Source: a virus
Taxonomy: Duplodnaviria; Caudoviricetes
Virus record (IMG/VR): IMGVR_UViG_3300044852_000053
Span: 1-29,724 of that record
Reading direction: 5' to 3' (one strand)
DNA length: 29,724 nucleotides
Shown: one piece after another, positions 15,643-23,442 of the stretch
How positions within the stretch are numbered: the first letter of the stretch is position 1
How the letters are laid out: each line of letters begins with the position of its first letter
Program-made: the position numbers and the translations under genes
Notes under the pieces: generated by a model
Databases searched by the model: none
What the model was told of the DNA's origin: nothing
The model's input: only the letters and a program-made list of their open reading frames with translations

Positions 15643-16448
15643 TGCCTCAACGCTTTCTGGTCGAAGATGTCTGTCTGCCCGGGGAGTGGCGCCCATCCGT
15701 CAAGGACCTGCAGGTTCGCCCGCATCCGGTCCTCGGACGTGCCGGCCTTCTTCGCCGGCAACGGTTCGTCGTCCCACGACTCGGCGTTCAACCATGTCGC
15801 CGGGAGCTTCGTGTACTGCTTCTCCCGGTTCGGGTCCTCCGCGTACCGCTGCGCGCCGGCTAGGAGTACTTCGGCTGTGGTCTTCTTCCGGGCCTTCATG
15901 TACGCCTTCTCGGCCACGCCCTTGCCCTCATGCCTTGGGTAGATCAGATACCAGTCAATGAACTCGTCCTGCGTAGCTGGACAAGTCTTTACAACCCCTT
16001 CCCTTCCCCTTTCCCCTTCCCTTTCCTTATGTACTTCTCTAGAAAGTTCTGTACTGATCGGTGAGGGCTCTGTAATTTGGGGGGCAGGAGCCGCGTGTTT
16101 CCGGGGTTTTTGGTCCACCACAGTCAGGTCCATGTCGGAGTATTTGGACTTCGTAGGGTTCGACACCTTCTGATGCTTCGCCCAGTTCGTCACATGGAGC
16201 ACCTGGCCGTCTCCGTAGTCGTACAACGTCAGAGCCCCGATGGAAATAAGACTCTGTAGTGCTACAGAAATTTCTAGAGAATCCCCCGGGAAGATCTGCA
16301 TCTTGATCCGCTTAGGCGAAAACGGCAAGAAACCCTCATCGTCCGAGAAGTTCCAGAGCCCGATGAACAACAGGCGCTCCACCGGCTCAAGCTCAACCAA
16401 CTTCTCATCCGTCCAGAAGTCCGGTTTGATATTCCTAATGCGGGCCAT
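15639..16448 (-). CDS. Replication initiator (RepA-like / replisome organiser)
   Basis: MARIRNIKPDFWTDEK...RLLFIGLWNFSDDEG; C-terminal YPRHEGK...PATWLNAESWDDE. Confidence 0.88.
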   Translation of the reverse strand: MARIRNIKPDFWTDEKLVELEPVERLLFIGLWNFSDDEGFLPFSPKRIKMQIFPGDSLEISVALQSLISIGALTLYDYGDGQVLHVTNWAKHQKVSNPTKSKYSDMDLTVVDQKPRKHAAPAPQITEPSPISTELSREVHKEREGERGREGVVKTCPATQDEFIDWYLIYPRHEGKGVAEKAYMKARKKTTAEVLLAGAQRYAEDPNREKQYTKLPATWLNAESWDDEPLPAKKAGTSEDRMRANLQVLDGWAPLPGQTDIFDQKALRQ

Positions 16449-16470
16449 GCCTGCTTCTCTCCTTCATCGC

Positions 16471-17592
16471 TCAGCGTCCCGGCCGCAAGCCGATGAGGGC
16501 AGCCAGGATATGTTCGGCCAGTAGCGGCGGTACCGCGTTGCCGATCTGCAGAAACTTCTTGCCGGTCCAGGTGAAGCCGGGCGGGTAACTTTGCAGGGCT
16601 GCGGCTTCTTCGGCGGTCAGGCGGCGTGTGCCGTCCCATTTCATGCGGTCGGCCTTACTGGTCAGGGTTGCTGACGGCTGATCAATGGTCCGCTCTCCCC
16701 GCTTCGAAGAGTCTCCACCGGTGCCATAGTTGGACCGGAGCACAAATCCGCCAGGCTCCATACCACCGGCTGACGCGCGGATGGCGAACGCTGGCGTATC
16801 AGCGTCTCGGCCTGGCCTGTCGCCGTAGCGTTCCACCATGCCCTTGCCCATGACCTTCTCCGCGGTAAAGCCTTTGAGGCCCAGCGCTTCGCCCATAGAC
16901 ACCCATTTCTTCACGCCGGGGTCGAGCTTGGTGGGATTGCTGTTGTAGTAGCGGGAGTGCGTTGGTATCGGCAGATGGACCGGGCCGCCGCGGCGGGCTA
17001 CCAGTATGGCCCGCTTCCTGGTCTGCGGGACGCCGTACTGCTCAGCGTTCAGGACTTCCACCTTGACGTCGTAACCCCACTCGCGCATGACTTCCGCGCA
17101 CGCTTCCCATACGGGAAGGACCGTGGGGACCTGTTCCCAGGCAACCAGCTTGGGCCGGTCCCGCCACACAAAGGCGAGCGGGGTTAGAACCAGCGCCGTG
17201 CGCATGTCGTGTTTCTCCCCGAAAGCCCGGAGAGCGTCAGCGTCCTTGTAGGCGTGGAGCTCGATGGCTTCAAGGACTTCGTTCAGCGCTGCCCTGCCTG
17301 CACCGTTCCCGGCCAGGCTGAATGTCTGGCACGGCGGCGATGCGATCTTGAGCCCATAGGACCCATAGCGGTCCCGGTGCTGCTCTCGGGTGAGCGCGAG
17401 CCCGTCCCATACGTCCCGGTAGATGGTCTTCATGCCGTTGGCTTCGCGGGTAGCTACGGCTTCATCCATGATTTCCACGCCGTCTTCATCGATGATGCTG
17501 AGTCGTTTGCAGGCGACTCCCCAGCCTGTGCCGGCGAATAAGTCCAGTGCCTTCACGCGGGCAGTCGTCCCGCTTGGCGCTTTGCGTGTCAT
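16471..17592 (-). CDS. DNA (cytosine-5) methyltransferase
   Basis: Motifs I LDLFAG, IV SPPCQTFS, VI EQV, VIII YGVPQTRKR, IX RRLT..EAAALQ, X QIGNAVPP. Confidence 0.93.
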   Translation of the reverse strand: MTRKAPSGTTARVKALDLFAGTGWGVACKRLSIIDEDGVEIMDEAVATREANGMKTIYRDVWDGLALTREQHRDRYGSYGLKIASPPCQTFSLAGNGAGRAALNEVLEAIELHAYKDADALRAFGEKHDMRTALVLTPLAFVWRDRPKLVAWEQVPTVLPVWEACAEVMREWGYDVKVEVLNAEQYGVPQTRKRAILVARRGGPVHLPIPTHSRYYNSNPTKLDPGVKKWVSMGEALGLKGFTAEKVMGKGMVERYGDRPGRDADTPAFAIRASAGGMEPGGFVLRSNYGTGGDSSKRGERTIDQPSATLTSKADRMKWDGTRRLTAEEAAALQSYPPGFTWTGKKFLQIGNAVPPLLAEHILAALIGLRPGR

Positions 17593-17915
17593 ATGGCACG
17601 CTCCCTTCCATAATTGTTGTCGATGTTGAACCATGCGCCGGCCGCGACGTCGTAGAACGGTGCAAGCTCGGGGTCTTCGTGGCGGCGGAGTTTCCAGCCG
17701 TAGTCCCTGGCGTTCTGTGCCCATTCGGCGTCTGACTCGATCAGGGTGTTCGCCGCTGCGCAGAGGACGATTACGTTGGCCGGCTGGTTGCCGGCCTTGA
17801 ATCCACCATGGCCGCGGTTGGCGCGGTGTTGCGGGACTAGGGTGTCGTCGGTGGTGCCGCAGTGCGGGCAGTGGCCGTCGCGGTCGATGAACCGTTGGAA
17901 CTGCTGTCGGTTCAC
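17589..17915 (-). CDS. HNH-family protein
   Basis: RDGHCPHCG...QHRANRG...NVIVLCAAAN. Confidence 0.8.
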   Translation of the reverse strand: MNRQQFQRFIDRDGHCPHCGTTDDTLVPQHRANRGHGGFKAGNQPANVIVLCAAANTLIESDAEWAQNARDYGWKLRRHEDPELAPFYDVAAGAWFNIDNNYGRERAI

Positions 17916-18109
17916 TCGCCCTCGTCCTCGACGTAGATAGTGCCTATGGCGTAGCGTTCACGGCGGCCGGCCGCACGGTTCTCGCGCTGCAGGAGTTCCA
18001 TCCGCTCTTGCACTTCCTCGCGGTTGTCGCTGAGGAACGGGAACGCGCCGAGTTCGGGTTGGCCGGATGCTTGGTTGTATTCGATGACGACGTATCCGAT
18101 GTCGCTCAT
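17912..18109 (-). CDS. Hypothetical protein
   Basis: Coupled 65-aa ORF. Confidence 0.7.
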   Translation of the reverse strand: MSDIGYVVIEYNQASGQPELGAFPFLSDNREEVQERMELLQRENRAAGRRERYAIGTIYVEDEGE

Positions 18110-18255
18110 GATGCCTCGCTGACGTTGAGGGTGATGTTGTCGCCGGCGTGGAAGTCTCCCAGGTTCTCGGCGGGGATGTTCACGACTACCTGCACGAACG
18201 CGGCCCCAGCCCAGACAGCTACGCCGTCCACCTTGCCTTTGATGTCCTTGCTCAT
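18106..18255 (-). CDS. 49-aa hypothetical protein (not in the ORF track)
   Basis: MSKDIKGKVDGVAVWAGAAFVQVVVNIPAENLGDFHAGDNITLNVSEAS; ATGA overlaps at both ends. Confidence 0.65.
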   Translation of the reverse strand: MSKDIKGKVDGVAVWAGAAFVQVVVNIPAENLGDFHAGDNITLNVSEAS

Positions 18256-18611
18256 TGCTCTCCCCTGCCTGCTACAGCGAACGTGGCGCGCACTGAGGCG
18301 CCGATGGATTGGTAAGCCCGGAGTTCGGATTCGAGGGCCTTCGCGAGCCTGTCCGCGTACCTGTAGGCCGCATCTGAGACGTCCCTGGCGGTGCGCTCAT
18401 GCTCGGTGGCTATCTCGGCCGCGTACTTCTTCGCATGGGCCGGGCCGTCGTAGGCCATGTACGCCTTAGCGAAAGCGAGCTCGTAGACGTGCGATGTCCT
18501 GGCGAACTCGGAGTACCTTTCGTTGCACACCCCGGCTGACTTGGCGATCCGATTTGAGATGTCCCGGATCCGCTGCTCTATAGCGACAGGATTAAGGACA
18601 TCGACGCTCAC
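18252..18611 (-). CDS. Helical hypothetical protein
   Basis: 119-aa coupled ORF. Confidence 0.75.
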   Translation of the reverse strand: MSVDVLNPVAIEQRIRDISNRIAKSAGVCNERYSEFARTSHVYELAFAKAYMAYDGPAHAKKYAAEIATEHERTARDVSDAAYRYADRLAKALESELRAYQSIGASVRATFAVAGRGEQ

Positions 18612-18856
18612 TGGACGTCCTGGAAATACTCGTGGAACGTCTTGAGCAAGTCCTGCGTGTCCCGCAAGTAGTGGTCTTCAAGGTGGCCTGGGATGGCGTG
18701 CATCTGGAAGTGCGGGCCTAGGCCGCCTACTTCGCTGAATCCGATCGCCATGCCATGCAGGAAGTGCGCTTGCTGCTCGCTATCCCACTGCCAGAACAGT
18801 CGTCCTAGTTCCCAGTGGTTGATCTTGGTTTCGGTCGTGACTTCGATGGCCTTCAT
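18608..18856 (-). CDS. Hypothetical protein
   Basis: MKAIEVTT start; ATGA overlap. Confidence 0.65.
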   Translation of the reverse strand: MKAIEVTTETKINHWELGRLFWQWDSEQQAHFLHGMAIGFSEVGGLGPHFQMHAIPGHLEDHYLRDTQDLLKTFHEYFQDVQ

Positions 18857-19179
18857 TCTGCGTCTCCCTCGTGGATGACCGTGGCGGGGAGTGTGATGGA
18901 AAAGTCCTTGTATGGGATGTGGTCGCCATCGTGGATTGACAGCCACCCGCCGTTACGGTCTTTCAGGAGGGCGTCCGGGTCTGAGTCAAGAATCATGCTC
19001 CCCACAGCCATCGCTTCTAGTTCCTCGATCGTGGTGATCGTGCGGGGCTTCCGGTAGCCTGCAGCGATCAGTTCGTCCGCGAGGGTGTAGTCCTGAGTGG
19101 CCGGGCCAAACTCGCGTGTACCGAAGATGCTGTCAAGCTTGCCGCCGATCAGGGCGGCCAGTTCATCGCGGGCGCTCAT
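18853..19179 (-). CDS. Hypothetical protein
   Basis: LADELIAAGYRKPRTITTIEEL, a common actinophage early-gene pattern. Confidence 0.75.
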   Translation of the reverse strand: MSARDELAALIGGKLDSIFGTREFGPATQDYTLADELIAAGYRKPRTITTIEELEAMAVGSMILDSDPDALLKDRNGGWLSIHDGDHIPYKDFSITLPATVIHEGDAE

Positions 19180-19742
19180 GCTGTGCCGCCGATGGCCGGG
19201 ATGGATGCGCCAGGGGTGATGTTGGGAAGCTCCCCGCCGCGGTACGCCTCGATGATGCGCTTCACGCCTTCCTTGCCGCCCTCATAAGAAACGGTGAACG
19301 ACTTCGGCTCGGCGGCCGGGACATAGGTGATGCCGTCCACAATCTCGCCTTCCTCGGTCAGGTACGTGTTGGTGGCGAGGTTGTATTCCTTCGGGATGAC
19401 CTTTTCGACGTCGGCCCGGAGTTTCCGTTCCGTCCACGCTTCGACGGCGGGGTGTTCGATTTCTTCCACAAGGTCGGGGCGGTGCCATTCGCACCACTGC
19501 AGGAGGGCTTCGGGGTCGATCTTGTGGCCGGGCTTCGGCTCGGCGAGGGTGAACTGTGCCACCTTCTCGGCGCCGGGGATGTGGATGACAACGGTTTTGC
19601 TGCCTGTCTCCCGGTAGTTCTCGAGCAACGCGGGGAGGATCGCGGCGCGCCCGGCTTCCTGCTCGGCCTTCACGACGTCGGCAAGGGTTTTCAGCAGGAG
19701 GAAGCTGAGGTTGCGTTCCTTGAATGTGGGTTCGGTGGTCAT
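19176..19742 (-). CDS. Hypothetical protein of the recombination module
   Basis: 188 aa, coupled to the ERF gene. Confidence 0.75.
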   Translation of the reverse strand: MTTEPTFKERNLSFLLLKTLADVVKAEQEAGRAAILPALLENYRETGSKTVVIHIPGAEKVAQFTLAEPKPGHKIDPEALLQWCEWHRPDLVEEIEHPAVEAWTERKLRADVEKVIPKEYNLATNTYLTEEGEIVDGITYVPAAEPKSFTVSYEGGKEGVKRIIEAYRGGELPNITPGASIPAIGGTA

Positions 19743-20356
19743 GCGGGGATGTTCCCTTCGATGGGTGCGGGGTTGAGGGCGGCTTCGATCTTGGCGAACA
19801 GCCAGAAGTTCTCCGGGGCGCCGGCTTGCTTGGCGTGGTTGCGGAGTGCCGCGAGCTTGGTGACGTCCCCGCCTGTTGCCTGGAACAAGGCTTGCCAGTC
19901 GATCTTCGACGGGTCAGCCTGCGCGGGCCGCTGGTGCCGCTCCTGCTCGTAAGCCTCGGCGTCCGGGTCCGTATCATCCGTGGGGAGCATGAACGTCTGC
20001 AGCAAGCACGTTCGGAGAGCCACGGACATTGCCTTGGCTGTTGCCTTGTCTCCCAGGTCGAAAGCTTCCGCGACTACCTGCGAAGTGAACGTGTCACCCT
20101 CGGGTCCGGTGAACGTGTAGTCCACCACGACGTCAACACTGGTTGCCATCTTCCCGCCCGATAATTGCTTGCCGCTGGGCCGGTGCTCCACCCTTGACGG
20201 GTGGCATGTGAGCCCGACCTTCCGCATGGCGGGGGAGCAAGCGTTCACCACGGCATCGACGCCGCGGAAGTTGAAGTTCTGCTGGTTGTTGCGGCCGTCT
20301 TTGCGGACGGCGCCCACGGCTTCCATCACTGCCGTTACTGCTTCGTGGACTTTCAT
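19739..20356 (-). CDS. ERF-family ssDNA annealing recombinase
   Basis: NFNFRGVDAVVNA...AEAFDLGDKATAKAMSVALR...LPTDDTDPD. Confidence 0.9.
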   Translation of the reverse strand: MKVHEAVTAVMEAVGAVRKDGRNNQQNFNFRGVDAVVNACSPAMRKVGLTCHPSRVEHRPSGKQLSGGKMATSVDVVVDYTFTGPEGDTFTSQVVAEAFDLGDKATAKAMSVALRTCLLQTFMLPTDDTDPDAEAYEQERHQRPAQADPSKIDWQALFQATGGDVTKLAALRNHAKQAGAPENFWLFAKIEAALNPAPIEGNIPA

Positions 20357-20490
20357 TACAGCCTCTCGTCGTGTTCTGTGGCCCATTCCATGCCGGTGCG
20401 GTCTTCGGGCCAGAGCCAGGCGCCGCGGGGCATGTGGGGTGGGTATCCCTCGCTGGTGGTGGCCTCTTGCTTCGGGCCGCCGTCGCTCAC
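20356..20490 (-). CDS. Hypothetical protein
   Basis: GTG start overlapping the upstream stop; 44 aa. Confidence 0.5.
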   Translation of the reverse strand: MSDGGPKQEATTSEGYPPHMPRGAWLWPEDRTGMEWATEHDERL

Positions 20491-20684
20491 TGCGGGCCGC
20501 CGAAGATAATCAGGGCCAGGTCGTCGCCGTCCGGCTGCTCTGCCAGTACCCGGCGCGCGGCGGCGTGCTGCTTGGGTGTCGCGTTCGGGATCCGCCACAC
20601 GTTCGCCGCGTGTTCCTCGCTAAAGAAGGACATCTTCTGCGGGACCTTCGGCGGCTCAACATAGGGTGCGTATGGTGTGCTCAC
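20487..20684 (-). CDS. Hypothetical protein
   Basis: GGAGG RBS; coupled ORF. Confidence 0.65.
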   Translation of the reverse strand: MSTPYAPYVEPPKVPQKMSFFSEEHAANVWRIPNATPKQHAAARRVLAEQPDGDDLALIIFGGPQ

Positions 20685-21055
20685 GGATTGGCCTCCAATG
20701 CTTTCTCAATGGCTTCCACGGTCGGGCACCTGTGCCCTTTGTGGTCGTGGTGGTCGCTGCACCACTCGGAGATGTAGTCACCTTCTGTGCAGCAGGTTTC
20801 GCAGGCCTCGTGGCTGAATGTGTTCTCGCAGCCTGCGTAGTCCTCGCAGTCGATGTATTCGTACTCGTCGGGGTGCGTTCCGTCCGGGCACTCGCACTCG
20901 TCGTAAACCTTGATCGGCTTGTGCAGCGCGAGCGTGCCTTCTACGGCAGCCAGTAACTTCGAGATTGTGCGCTTCGCGGGAACTGGGACGGACAAGGACC
21001 AGTCCGGCTCGGCCAGGTCCCGGGCGAACTGCAGGGCGCGTGCCGGGGCGCTCAT
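20681..21055 (-). CDS. Cys/His-rich hypothetical protein
   Basis: LALHKP...C..C...CPTVEAI pattern. Confidence 0.7.
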   Translation of the reverse strand: MSAPARALQFARDLAEPDWSLSVPVPAKRTISKLLAAVEGTLALHKPIKVYDECECPDGTHPDEYEYIDCEDYAGCENTFSHEACETCCTEGDYISEWCSDHHDHKGHRCPTVEAIEKALEANP

Positions 21056-21147
21056 TGGTTGTTCTCCATGTTCCGGTCGTGGCGGATCGCGGGCCGGATC
21101 ATGAGGCCCACGGGGACTAGCGCGAGGATGAGAATCAGTGCGTTCAT
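21052..21147 (-). CDS. 31-aa single-TM peptide (not in the ORF track)
   Basis: GGAGG RBS; MNALILILALVPVGLMIRPAIRHDRNMENNQ. Confidence 0.6.
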   Translation of the reverse strand: MNALILILALVPVGLMIRPAIRHDRNMENNQ

Positions 21148-21338
21148 GGCGTTACCTCCGGGGTGGGGTAGTGGACTGGCTTGGGATTGTTGCCGAACCC
21201 TGCGAGCGTCTTACGGTCGTAGGTGGTCTTGCACTCGCAGATGTTCCACGAACAGTTCTCTGACGCGCAGTGCGGCTTGGCCGTCAGCGCGCCGCCTGGG
21301 CGAAAGCACGACGGGCACATTGGGGTCTTGGCGATCAC
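21144..21338 (-). CDS. Small Cys-rich protein
   Basis: AGGAGG RBS; CPSC..HC...C.W..CEC. Confidence 0.65.
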   Translation of the reverse strand: MIAKTPMCPSCFRPGGALTAKPHCASENCSWNICECKTTYDRKTLAGFGNNPKPVHYPTPEVTP

Positions 21339-21553
21339 TTCGCCTCCTGGGGTTTCGGGCCCGCCCATGCGTGGGCTAAGGCGATCGCTTCTTCGAGGGT
21401 GTCTACGTGCTTCGTTTCCGGCACGCCACGTATTGACGGGTGGTTCGACGGGACAAGACGGTCCACAAAGAATCCGACATGCTTGCCCACGATGATGCGG
21501 GGCTTCACCGTCAGGCGGCGGTCCCGGAGTGTGCACGGTGACTGGACCTTCAC
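21335..21553 (-). CDS. Hypothetical protein (start uncertain)
   Basis: GTGA overlap with xis; TLEEAIALAHAWA. Confidence 0.55.
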   Translation of the reverse strand: MKVQSPCTLRDRRLTVKPRIIVGKHVGFFVDRLVPSNHPSIRGVPETKHVDTLEEAIALAHAWAGPKPQEAK

Positions 21554-21732
21554 GGGCGGCCGTCCTTCGCGGAATCCTCGACCCACTTCGCCAGCGCGTC
21601 GGTGTCGTAGCGGACAGCGGTGCCCATCTTCACGAACGGCGGCCCTTCTTGGCGGGCCCGCCAGTTCTCGAGCGTCCGGGGGGAGAGGGTGAGGTATGTG
21701 GCGGCTTCTGCCGTGGTGATGAGTGTCGGCAT
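21550..21732 (-). CDS. xis: Excisionase-like HTH protein
   Basis: LITTAEAATYLTLSPRTLENWR...GPPFVKMGTAVRY. Confidence 0.85.
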   Translation of the reverse strand: MPTLITTAEAATYLTLSPRTLENWRARQEGPPFVKMGTAVRYDTDALAKWVEDSAKDGRP

Positions 21733-21735
21733 GGG

Positions 21736-21966
21736 TTATTTCCTGAGCTCTGCAAGGGTGCGGGTGAGGTCCATCGACCGGCGCCGTAACGCTCCGGTTG
21801 GTTTGGACCCGAAGGAGTAGTCGAATGGGGTGGACTCGCCGGGCGGCTGCCGCCAGGTCTGCCCTTTGGCTTCTTTGTCCAACTGCTTCATCGCTTCGTC
21901 GCAGCGTTCGATGAACTCCTGCGCGAGGGACTTCGCCGCGGCGATCTTGAATCGGGTCATGCTCAC
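21736..21966 (-). CDS. Hypothetical protein
   Basis: GGAG RBS; 76 aa. Confidence 0.7.
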   Translation of the reverse strand: MSMTRFKIAAAKSLAQEFIERCDEAMKQLDKEAKGQTWRQPPGESTPFDYSFGSKPTGALRRRSMDLTRTLAELRK

Positions 21967-21996
21967 GGGTGTCTCCGTTCTTTCTGGTGGTGGTTA

Positions 21997-22058
21997 CGTG
22001 CCCTGCCGGCGACTCGAACACCGGCGTATGCCGTCCAGGGCGTCCCGCTTGGCTACCG
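21997..22058 (-). ncRNA. tRNA-like T-arm element in the early leader
   Basis: GCCCTG...CCGGTG TTCGAGT CGCCGG CAGGGC, preceded by GTAGCCAAGCGG. Confidence 0.45.
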
Positions 22059-22060
22059 TT

Positions 22061-22076
22061 CGTGCCATATGGCACG
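22061..22076. promoter_or_regulatory. 16-bp palindromic operator (perfect copy)
   Basis: CGTGCCATATGGCACG. Confidence 0.75.
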
Positions 22077-22230
22077 CCGTACTGCGCGTCTCAGATGAGC
22101 AAATACCATGCGGGGGGCCGGCGCCATATGGCCGGCCATTTCAATGTCTCTATGGAAGTTTCAAGCAGCAGTCGCCTACCCTCACGCCGTCAAGCGCTAC
22201 CGGGTGGCTAAATCTTGCCCTGTTCGGGTC

Positions 22231-22449
22231 TTATGCCAGTGCTGTGTAGACCTGGCCGGGGGTGGTGCCGAGTGCTTTGGCGATCTTGTTCAGGTCGCCG
22301 GTGGTGATGGGCCGCTCTCCGTTGAGCTTCGCAATGACTTGACGTGGGCGGATGCCAGTTAAGTCTGCGATTTGCTCGTGGGATAAGCCCTGCCCTCGCC
22401 GTTCCGCGTCTAAGTGTGCGGCGACTTCTATCTCAGTTGGGAAGGTCAT
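22231..22449 (-). CDS. cro: Cro-like XRE HTH protein
   Basis: QGLSHEQIADLTGIRPRQVIAKLNGER; divergent from the repressor. Confidence 0.85.
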   Translation of the reverse strand: MTFPTEIEVAAHLDAERRGQGLSHEQIADLTGIRPRQVIAKLNGERPITTGDLNKIAKALGTTPGQVYTALA

Positions 22450-22457
22450 AAGTAAGG

Positions 22458-22486
22458 ACGATATACCCCATATGGCACGTTTGCAA
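22458..22486 (-). promoter_or_regulatory. Early lytic promoter
   Basis: TTGCAA-N17-TATCGT with an operator copy (22464-22479) in the spacer; 8 nt to the ATG. Confidence 0.7.
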
Positions 22487-22589
22487 CTCACTACGCACGT
22501 TTCGCTACTCTGAGCACGTAATGACTACTTGGAGCACGGAACGTGTACTCGTCTTTGGAAGCGTGCTACTTGGATTGGGATGTTCCTTA

Positions 22590-22618
22590 TTGCACGGAAC
22601 GTGCGGAACCCGTATTGT
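22590..22618 (+). promoter_or_regulatory. Repressor promoter (leaderless)
   Basis: TTGCAC-N17-TATTGT, 6 nt before ATG 22625; overlapped by GCACGGAACGTGC. Confidence 0.7.
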
Positions 22619-22624
22619 GGCGGT

Positions 22625-22897
22625 ATGCCCACAGGAACACGAGAAGAACCAGACGACTTCAACGAAGCCCTCATGACGGTCATTCGCGCCAAAATGGGAA
22701 TGCTGCAGATGAACACAGCCGACCTATCCCGCAAGACCAACATCCCCCGCTCCACGCTGTCCCGCATCATCAACAGCAAGCGGATGCCGGACCTCAAGCA
22801 GATGCGACTCATCGCCATCGCCATCGACATGCCCATGGCACAACTCTTCACAGCCGCCGACGAAATCCTGGCCGGCCGGGACCCCTTCAAAGCCTGA
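22625..22897 (+). CDS. Immunity repressor (XRE HTH, no peptidase domain)
   Basis: MNTADLSRKTNIPRSTLSRIINSKRMPD; divergent from cro, upstream of the integrase. Confidence 0.85.
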   Translation: MPTGTREEPDDFNEALMTVIRAKMGMLQMNTADLSRKTNIPRSTLSRIINSKRMPDLKQMRLIAIAIDMPMAQLFTAADEILAGRDPFKA

Positions 22898-22981
22898 TGG
22901 TCAACAGCGCCACAAATCCGGCATAGAATACGTTTGTTATCGATTCTTGACACCACGAAAAGCCTGGGGACCTAACCGAAT

Positions 22982-23365
22982 ATGCACATCACCATCGACC
23001 AACTCCTGGTCGGATTCAGAGCCAAGCTGACAACTAACGCCCTCGGACGATTCCTGGGATTACCACCGGCAGAAGTCAGGGCCCGCATAGGGGCGCTCAC
23101 CACCGACGAAGAAGCCCACATCAAAGAAGCCTTGGAGGGCAACATGCTCAGCCTGTTGGAACAGAACATCCTAACTTTCGAATCCCGCCCGCACCGGAAC
23201 GCCGCCGAGTACCGGCGCGGCGTGCAGGAGAACTTCACTGAGAACGCCGTCATGTACGAGGTGCTGCTCAAGTCCATCGTGTCCAGGGATGAGGCGCGCG
23301 ACTTCGCGCCGGCCGCTGTGGACCGTTTGCGCGCAGAGTTTGCGCAGGGTTCCCGCAGTGTTTGA
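22982..23365 (+). CDS. Hypothetical protein; N-terminus resembles the C-terminal helical part of ImmA/IrrE
   Basis: ITIDQLL...LGRFLGLPPAEVRARIGALTTDE; no HEXXH. Confidence 0.6.
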   Translation: MHITIDQLLVGFRAKLTTNALGRFLGLPPAEVRARIGALTTDEEAHIKEALEGNMLSLLEQNILTFESRPHRNAAEYRRGVQENFTENAVMYEVLLKSIVSRDEARDFAPAAVDRLRAEFAQGSRSV

Positions 23366-23442
23366 TCATTTTTTTTCGGGTAAAGCGTGCCTTATGACAC
23401 GATCATGTGGCGTGGGGCACGTTTCGTTCACGAGGTCTGACC

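Noticed and set aside
17103-17418. Weak operator-like 16-mers in the methyltransferase (CTTCCCATACGGGAAG, CGTCCCATACGTCCCG)
   Set aside because: 4-5 mismatches that disrupt both half-sites; plausible by chance
16471-17915. HNH plus methyltransferase as a restriction-modification pair
   Set aside because: The 108-aa HNH resembles common recombination-module HNH proteins and lacks a recognisable specificity domain
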